Source: Octopus vulgaris (lineage: Eukaryota). Taken from it: a stretch of DNA of 64,000 nt. How positions within the stretch are numbered: position 1 is the first letter of the stretch; each line of letters begins with the position of its first letter. The stretch is taken from positions 30,628,001-30,692,000 of the forward strand of contig OX597842.1 in NCBI GenBank assembly GCA_951406725.2, in the 5' to 3' direction. Under the pieces are notes generated by a model, which was not told the origin of the DNA, searched no databases, and worked only from the letters and a program-made list of their open reading frames with translations. Below, in pieces: positions 56,070 to 64,000 of the stretch. Both the position numbers and the translations under genes were made by a program.

Positions 56070-56668
56070 AAATTTTGTGTTAGACTTGGGAAGTCTGCTA
56101 CAAAGACATTGAGCATTCTTTGGCAAGCTTACAGCAATGAAGCAATGGGTCGTAGAGAATGTTTTGGATGGGATGGGGGGGTGTCTTCAAAATTGGAAGA
56201 TGATGAGCGGTCTGGAAGACCGACCACAAGTGTCACCCCTGGAAATGTGGTATTGTGCATCAAGAATTCATAACCCAAGGCCAGACCATGAATTCAGAGT
56301 TCTAAAAGTTTGAGGGATGAGGTTTGGCAAAAAGCAATCGGATCTGTGGAGCACAAAGTGCTGGATGGTGTTGCTTCCACATCTGACCTCTTCACCTGAA
56401 GACTTTCTCCCCTTCCACAAAATGAACATGCAGGTCAAAGGTCACCATTTTAACACCATTGCTGAGATCCAGGATCATTTTACAGAAGGTTCTGAGCATG
56501 CTTATGGAAAACGACTTCCAGGCCGGATTCCAAAAGTGGCAGGAACACTGGGACTGCCATATTGACGTGCAAGGGGACCATTTCAAAGGAGATGACATGA
56601 AAACTTGGGTAAATAAGTGATTTTTTATTAAACATAACTAGTCTAGAAACCTTTTGATACCACTTCAT
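56070..56668 (+). pseudogene. Decayed, internally deleted mariner transposase
   Basis: KFCVRLGKSATKT, EDDERSGRPTTS, GIVHQEF..QGQTMN, SPEDFLPFHKM...KGHHF, FQKWQEHWDC. Confidence 0.85.
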
Positions 56669-56681
56669 ATATATATGTGTA

Positions 56682-57420
56682 CATCATCATCATCATCATT
56701 TAGCGTCCGTTTTCCATGCTAGCATGGGTTGGACGGTTCAACTGGGGTCTGGGAAGCTGGAAGGCTTCGTCAGGCCCAGTCAGATCTGGCAGTGTTTCTA
56801 CAGCTGGATGCCCTTCCTAACGCCAACCACTCCATGAGTGTAGTGGGTGCTTTTACGTGCCACCGGCATGGGGGCCAGGCGAGGCTGGCAACAGCCACAA
56901 ATGGATGGTGCTTTTACATGCCACAGGCACGGGGGCTGGGCGAGGCTGGCAACGGCCACGAACGGATGGTGCTTTTACGTGCCACCGGCACGGGGGCCAG
57001 GCGAGGCTGGCAACGGACATGAGCGGATGGTGCTTTTACGTGCCACCGGCACGGGGGCCAGGTGAGGCTGGTAACGGACACGAGCGGATGGTGCTTTTAC
57101 GTGCCACCGGCACGGACACGAACGGATGGTGCTTTTACGTGCCACCGGCACGGGGGCCAGGCAAGGCTGGCACGGACACGAACGGATGGTGCTTTTACGT
57201 GCCACCGGCATGGGGGCCAGGCAAGGCTGACAGCGGACACGAACGGATGGTGCTTTTACTTGCCAATGGCACGGAGGCCGGACGGAGCGGGGCCGGCAAC
57301 GACCACGATCGGATGTTTCGCTTAACCACAGCTGCAATTTCCACTGATGTTGAGCGACCTCAATTTTGGTTCTGCTTTCTGATATCTGATTTGATTTGGT
57401 TTGATTTTGATTTTGATTGT
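56682..57420 (-). mobile_element. SINE-like family B with about 8 internal tandem units (~57-60 bp)
   Basis: GGATGGTGCTTTTACGTGCCACCGGCACGGGGGCCAGG repeated across 56845-57290. Confidence 0.88.
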
Positions 57421-57496
57421 TCTCACTGGTCTTGCCAGTGTACATATATATATATATATCTATCTATTTATCTATCTATCTACATATATATATATA

Positions 57497-57802
57497 CTAG
57501 CAGTATCGCCTGGCGTTGCTCGGGTTTGTAAGGGAAATAACTATACAAGCATTTTTAGATAGTTACTTCCCTTATAAAACCCGAGCAAAAATCATTAAAA
57601 ATGCGGAAAAATGATGGTAAATTTTTTTAAATCGTAGACCCATCGTAGATGTGCGCTAATACCCAGAAGGGCTCGATATGAATGATGACTTATAAGATAC
57701 CCGAATTTGGTTAAACTGCACTGCAAAATGTGGGAGTAGTTAGGAATCTAAATCGGAGGAGACAGAGTCTCACACTCACAACTTGAATTTTATATATAAA
57801 GA
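57497..57802 (-). mobile_element. Non-autonomous Helitron, complete ends
   Basis: Minus strand: A|TCTTTATATATAAAA...CCCGAGCAACGCCAGG (imperfect hairpin)...CTAG|T. Confidence 0.85.
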
Positions 57803-57937
57803 TATACATATATCATATATATATATATATATATAAATAACGGGAAGCTTTATGAAAATAGACAAAAGACGAAGGCAGGTGGAAAACAAACGAACAATTG
57901 TATTAGTATGGCACTCAGGAAATATAAATAAAACAAG

Positions 57938-57975
57938 TCTTTAACGTTTCGAGCCTACGCTCTTCAACAGAAAGA
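57938..57975 (-). ncRNA. Minimal hammerhead-like motif (variant core CTGTTGA)
   Basis: Minus strand: TCTTT-CTGTTGA-A-GAGC gtag GCTC-GAAA-CG-TT-AAAGA; the host segment at about 57835-58050 resembles 43750-43912. Confidence 0.7.
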
Positions 57976-59106
57976 TACACAGAGAGAAAAAAACACAGAA
58001 AGAAGGAGAGAAAAAAATGCGTGCAGTAGCTAACGAATCAACATGGCGATCTGATTTCGGCCAGAGGTCAAAGATCAAACATGAGACGCGAGAGCGAAAT
58101 AAGGGGAGATAATAGGGTTGATAATAGGGTTGATAAAAGGGTTGAAGGACCAGCTAATAGTGCGTAGGAGGGGTCTGGACGTGTGTATGTATAGGGTTGG
58201 TGTATGTATTAGTATGTATAAGGGTGTGTGTGTGTGTGTGTGTGTGTGTATGAGGGAGTATTAGTGCGTAGGATTGGTCTGGACGTGCGTATGTATGGGG
58301 TTGGTGTATGTATTAGTATGTATATATAAATATATATATAAATATATATATATGTAAAATTAGAAAAAAACCACCTTTTATCAATTCAAAATGAACAATT
58401 AAATTACACCATCTAGAAAATTACATATAATAGAAATATTAAAATCAAAATAACAATAATATAGCAAAAAAACGTATAATAATATATATAAATATATATA
58501 TATATACGCGCACACATATACATAAAATATAATATACTTGCAATAAACTGTATGTATATATATACACAGGTGTGTATGATTGTGTATAGAAGAATATATT
58601 ACTCAAAGAATCTCCAACTTTGATTTTCGTATTTCATTTACAATATTATAAGATAATGAAATGATATATATATATATATATATATGTGTATATATATATA
58701 TATATGCTAAACCATTAATAATGCGTCTGCATTCTCTGTGTTTATATAAATATATACACATGTATGTACATCTATATACGCACACATACAAACATAGACA
58801 TGCATAAAATACGATATATCATGTGACAAAACAAACATATAATATATATATATGTGTGTGTGTATATGTATATATATATATATGTGTGTATATACATACG
58901 TATATATATATATATATATATACATATACATGAATGTATATATGTATATATATACATATATATGAATGTATATATGTATATATATATATACATATATATG
59001 AATGTATATATATATATGTATGTATATATATATATATATATAATAATAAATATTAGGGAATAAATCCAAATTTACAGGGAAAAAATCAGATTAGGAGATC
59101 GAAAAT

Positions 59107-59149
59107 CCACCTGACGAATGTCATTGAAGACATGAAACGATTGTAGTGG
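59107..59149 (+). ncRNA. Type I hammerhead ribozyme, canonical core
   Basis: CCAC-CTGACGA-ATGTC attgaa GACAT-GAAA-C gatt G-TA-GTGG; predicted cleavage after GUA at 59145. Confidence 0.85.
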
Positions 59150-59235
59150 CGGTTTATTTCTTTATATTAAAAATTTTTATGTATTGATTAAGTCTTTCCT
59201 TGTTTGTTTTGCAAAATAGTGGTTTTGTCTCGAAT

Positions 59236-59274
<39 letters not shown>

Positions 59275-59310
59275 TATATATATATATGTATGTATATATA
59301 TATATATGTA

Positions 59311-59356
<46 letters not shown>

Positions 59357-59360
59357 TATA

Positions 59361-59405
<45 letters not shown>

Positions 59406-59509
59406 GTAGATATATATATCACTTTGTATAACACCAGGAGATTTCTTTCAAATAAGTTTTAGTTTTTCCTCGGGAAAATTTGTCAGTTTTGCATTTAAAA
59501 AATCTGAAG

Positions 59510-59718
<209 letters not shown>

Positions 59719-59805
59719 AAAAACGTGTAATTATCTGCGCATTCCGATTTCATGCTAAAATCTGAGAATTTGTGTCTACGTGTACATACACACGTGTGTG
59801 TGTGC

Positions 59806-59837
<32 letters not shown>

Positions 59838-60723
59838 GTGTGTGTGAGTATTTATAAGTTTGTGTGTGTGTGTGTGTGTGTGAATATATGAGCAGAGTGA
59901 AGGATCCGCAAAACGTTTATATATATACACACGCAAAACTGAGAAAAGTTTGATGGAGAATTGCTGGGAGTCTGGAGGCAAACCCAACTGAAGTACTTGG
60001 CAGCTCCTTTTGTCGACAACGGCCTCGTGATCTGTTCAGTTCTCTCCCCTGTTGTTTTATAATTATTCACTGCAAAAATCACACACGAATATCCACCACC
60101 ATGACCACCACTAACAGCACCACGACGACGACCACCACAACAACCACCACAACCACCACCACCACCACGACAACCACTACCACAGCAACTATAATCACTA
60201 CCAGCTCAATCACCACCAACATCACCACCACTGCAACCTCCACCACAACCAACACAACCACCACCACCACAACCACCACCACCACAACCACCACCACAAC
60301 CACTACCACCACCACTTCCACCACCACCATCATCAACATCACCACCACCGCACACCACCACCACCACCACCACCACAACCACCACCACCACAGCAACTAT
60401 AATCACTACCAGCTCAATCACCACCAACACCAACACTACTGCAACCGCTGCCACCACCACCTGCACCACCACCACTAATACTACAGCCTGTACTACAACT
60501 GGCAACATTATTCTTGAAGGTGGCAGCAATGACCATAATAAAAAAAAAACTGCAACAGCAACACGAACATCAACTCTACTGCTGTCAACACTACCACCTA
60601 GACAACAACAGCAACAGTAACAACAACATTGCTAATACGATGACCACCACCACCATCTCCATCACTACCACCACCACCACCACCACCACCACCACCGTCA
60701 CCATCATCAACATCATGCCCACC

Positions 60724-60754
<31 letters not shown>

Positions 60755-60769
60755 CCACCACCACCACCA

Positions 60770-63700
60770 CCATTGGCTTCATCATCACCACCACCACCAC
60801 CACCACCACCACCACCACAACAACCACCACCACCACCACCAACATTGGCTTCATCATCACCACCACCACCACCACCACCACAACCACCACCATTGGCTTC
60901 ATCACCACCACCACCACCACAACCACCATTGGCTTCATCATCACCACCACCACCACCACCACCACCACCACCATTGGCATCATCATCACCACCACCACCA
61001 CCACCACCACCATTGGCTTCATCATCATCACCACCACCACCACCACCATTGGCTTCATCATCATCACCACCACCACCACCACCATTGGCTTCATCATCAT
61101 CACCACCACCACCACTACCACCACCACCACCACCACCATTGGCTTCATCACCACCACCACCACCACCACCACCACCACCACCATTGGCTTCATCATCATC
61201 ACCACCACCACCACCACCACCACCATTGGCTTCATCATCATCACCACCACCACCACCACCATTGGCTTCATCATCATCACCACCACCACCACCACCATTG
61301 TTTCATCACCACCACCTCCACCACCACCACCATTGGCTTCATCATCATCACCACCACCACCACTACCACCACCACCACCACCATTGGCTTCATCACCACC
61401 ACCACCACCACCACCACCACCACCACCACCACCACCACCACCACCATTGGCTTCATCATCATCACCACCACCACCACCACCACCACCATTGGCTTCATCA
61501 TCATCACCACCACCACCACTACCACCACCACCACCACCATTGGCTTCATCACCACCACCACCACCACCACCACCACCACCACCATTGGCTTCATCATCAT
61601 CACCACCACCACCACCACCACCACCATTGGCTTCATCATCATCACCACCACCACCACCACCATTGGCTTCATCACCACCACCACCACCACCACCATTGGC
61701 TTCATCATCATCACCACCACCACCACCACCACCACCACCACCACCATCACCACCACCACCACCACCACCACCACCACCACCACCACCACCACCACCACCA
61801 CCACCACCATTGGCTTCATCATCATCACCACCACCACCACCACCACCACCATTGGCTTCATCATCACCACCACCACCACCACCACCACCACCACCATTGG
61901 CTTCATCACCACCACCACCACCACCACCATTGGCTTCATCATCATCACCACCACCACCACCACCACCACCATTGGCTTCATCATCATCACCACCACCACC
62001 ACTACCACCACCACCACCACCATTGGCTTCATCATCATCCACCACCACCACCACCACCACCATTGCCATCATCACCACCACCACTACCACCACCACCACC
62101 ACCATTGGCTTCATCATCATCACCACCACCACCACCACCATTGGCTTCATCATCATCACCACCACCACCACTACCACCACCACCACCACCATTGGCTTCA
62201 TCATCACCACCACCACCACCACCATCACCATCATCATCACCACCACCACCACCACCACCACCATTGGCTTCATCATCATCACCACCACCACCACTACCAC
62301 CACCACCACCACCATTGGCTTCATCATCATCACCACCACCACCACCACCACCACCACCATCACCACCACCACCACCACCACCACCACCATTGGCTTCATC
62401 ATCATCACCACCACCACCACTACCACCACCACCACCACCATTGGCTTCATCACCACCACCACCACCACCACCACCATTGGCTTCATCATCATCACCACCA
62501 CCACCACCACCATTGGCTTCATCATCATCACCACCACCACCACCACCACCACCACCATTGGCTTCATCATCATCACCACCACCACCACTACCACCACCAC
62601 CACCACCATTGGCTTCATCATCATCACCACCACCACCACCACCACCACCACCACCACCATTGGCTTCTTCATCATCACCACCACCACCACTACCACCACC
62701 ACCACCACCATTGGCTCATCACCACCACCACCACCACCACCACCATTGGCTTCATCATCATCACCACCACCACCACTACCACCACCACCACCACCATTGG
62801 CTTCATCACCACCACCACCACCACCACCACCATTGGCTTCATCATCATCACCACCACCACCACTACCACCACCACCACCACCATTGGCTTCATCACCACC
62901 ACCACCACCACCACCACCACCACCACCACACCACCACCACTACCACCACCACCACCACCATCACCACCACCACCACCACCACCACCACCACCATTGGCTT
63001 CATCATCATCACCACCACCACCACCACCACCACCACCACCACCATTGGCATCATCATCATCACCACCACCACCACACCACCACCACCACCATTGGCTTCA
63101 TCATCATCACCACCACCACCACCACCACCACCACCACCACCATTGGCTTCATCATCATCACCACCACCACCACTACCACCACCACCACCACCATTGGCTT
63201 CATCATCATCACCACCACCACCACCACCACCATTGGCTTCATCATCATCACCACCACCACCACCACCACCACCACCACCACCATTGGCTTCATCACCACC
63301 ACCACCACCACCACCACCATTGGCTTCATCATCATCACCACCACCACCACTACCACCACCACCACCACCATTGGCTTCATCATCATCACCACCACCACCA
63401 CTACCACCACCACCACCACCATTGGCTTCATCACCACCACCACCACCACCACCACCATTGGCTTCATCATCATCACCACCACCACCACTACCACCACCAC
63501 CACCACCATTGGCTTCATCATCATCACCACCACCACCACTACCACCACCACCACCACCATTGGCTTCATCATCATCACCACCACCACCACCACCACCACC
63601 ACCACCACCATTGGCTTCATCATCATCACCACCACCACCACCACCACCACCACCACCACCATTGGCTTCATCACCACCACCACCACCACCACCACCATTG

Positions 63701-64000
63701 GCTTCATCATCATCACCACCACCACCACCACCACCACCACCACCACCATTGGCTTCATCATCATCACCACCACCACCACCACCACCACCATTGGCTTCAT
63801 CATCATCACCACCACCACCACTACCACCACCACCACCACCATTACCATCATCATCACCACCACCACCACCACCACCACCACCACCACCATTGGCTTCATC
63901 ATCATCACCACCACCACCACCACCACCACCACCACCACCATTGGCTTCATCATCATCACCACCACCACCACCACCACCACCACCACCACCATTGGCTTCA
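60770..64000. repeat. Variable-unit minisatellite CATTGGCTT(CAT)1-4(CAC)n, running off the window end
   Basis: Directly visible; source of the poly-V/G ORFs. Confidence 0.95.

Overview
Repeat-saturated eukaryotic, apparently non-genic or intronic DNA. Its SINE families and microsatellite load look like an octopus/coleoid cephalopod genome (inference). No intact host gene or autonomous transposon is supported, and nearly all listed ORFs are microsatellite artefacts. Contents: many copies of four SINE-like families; 3' fragments of RTE and R4/Dong-type (restriction-like endonuclease) LINEs, the latter sitting in (TAA)n; three decayed Tc1/mariner remnants; a Merlin-like MITE with an 8-bp TSD; non-autonomous Helitrons; and a near-perfect 317-bp x ~33 tandem array (22756-33140). 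The most striking signal is at least eight hammerhead-ribozyme folds plus partial ones. They lie in short non-coding elements mostly inserted in (TA)n, several with inverted-repeat arms. One family (33.7-35.0 kb) carries a conserved three-hairpin 3' module with a compensatory base change. These look like Penelope-like/retrozyme-type non-autonomous elements. All folds were read by eye and need computational and biochemical confirmation.
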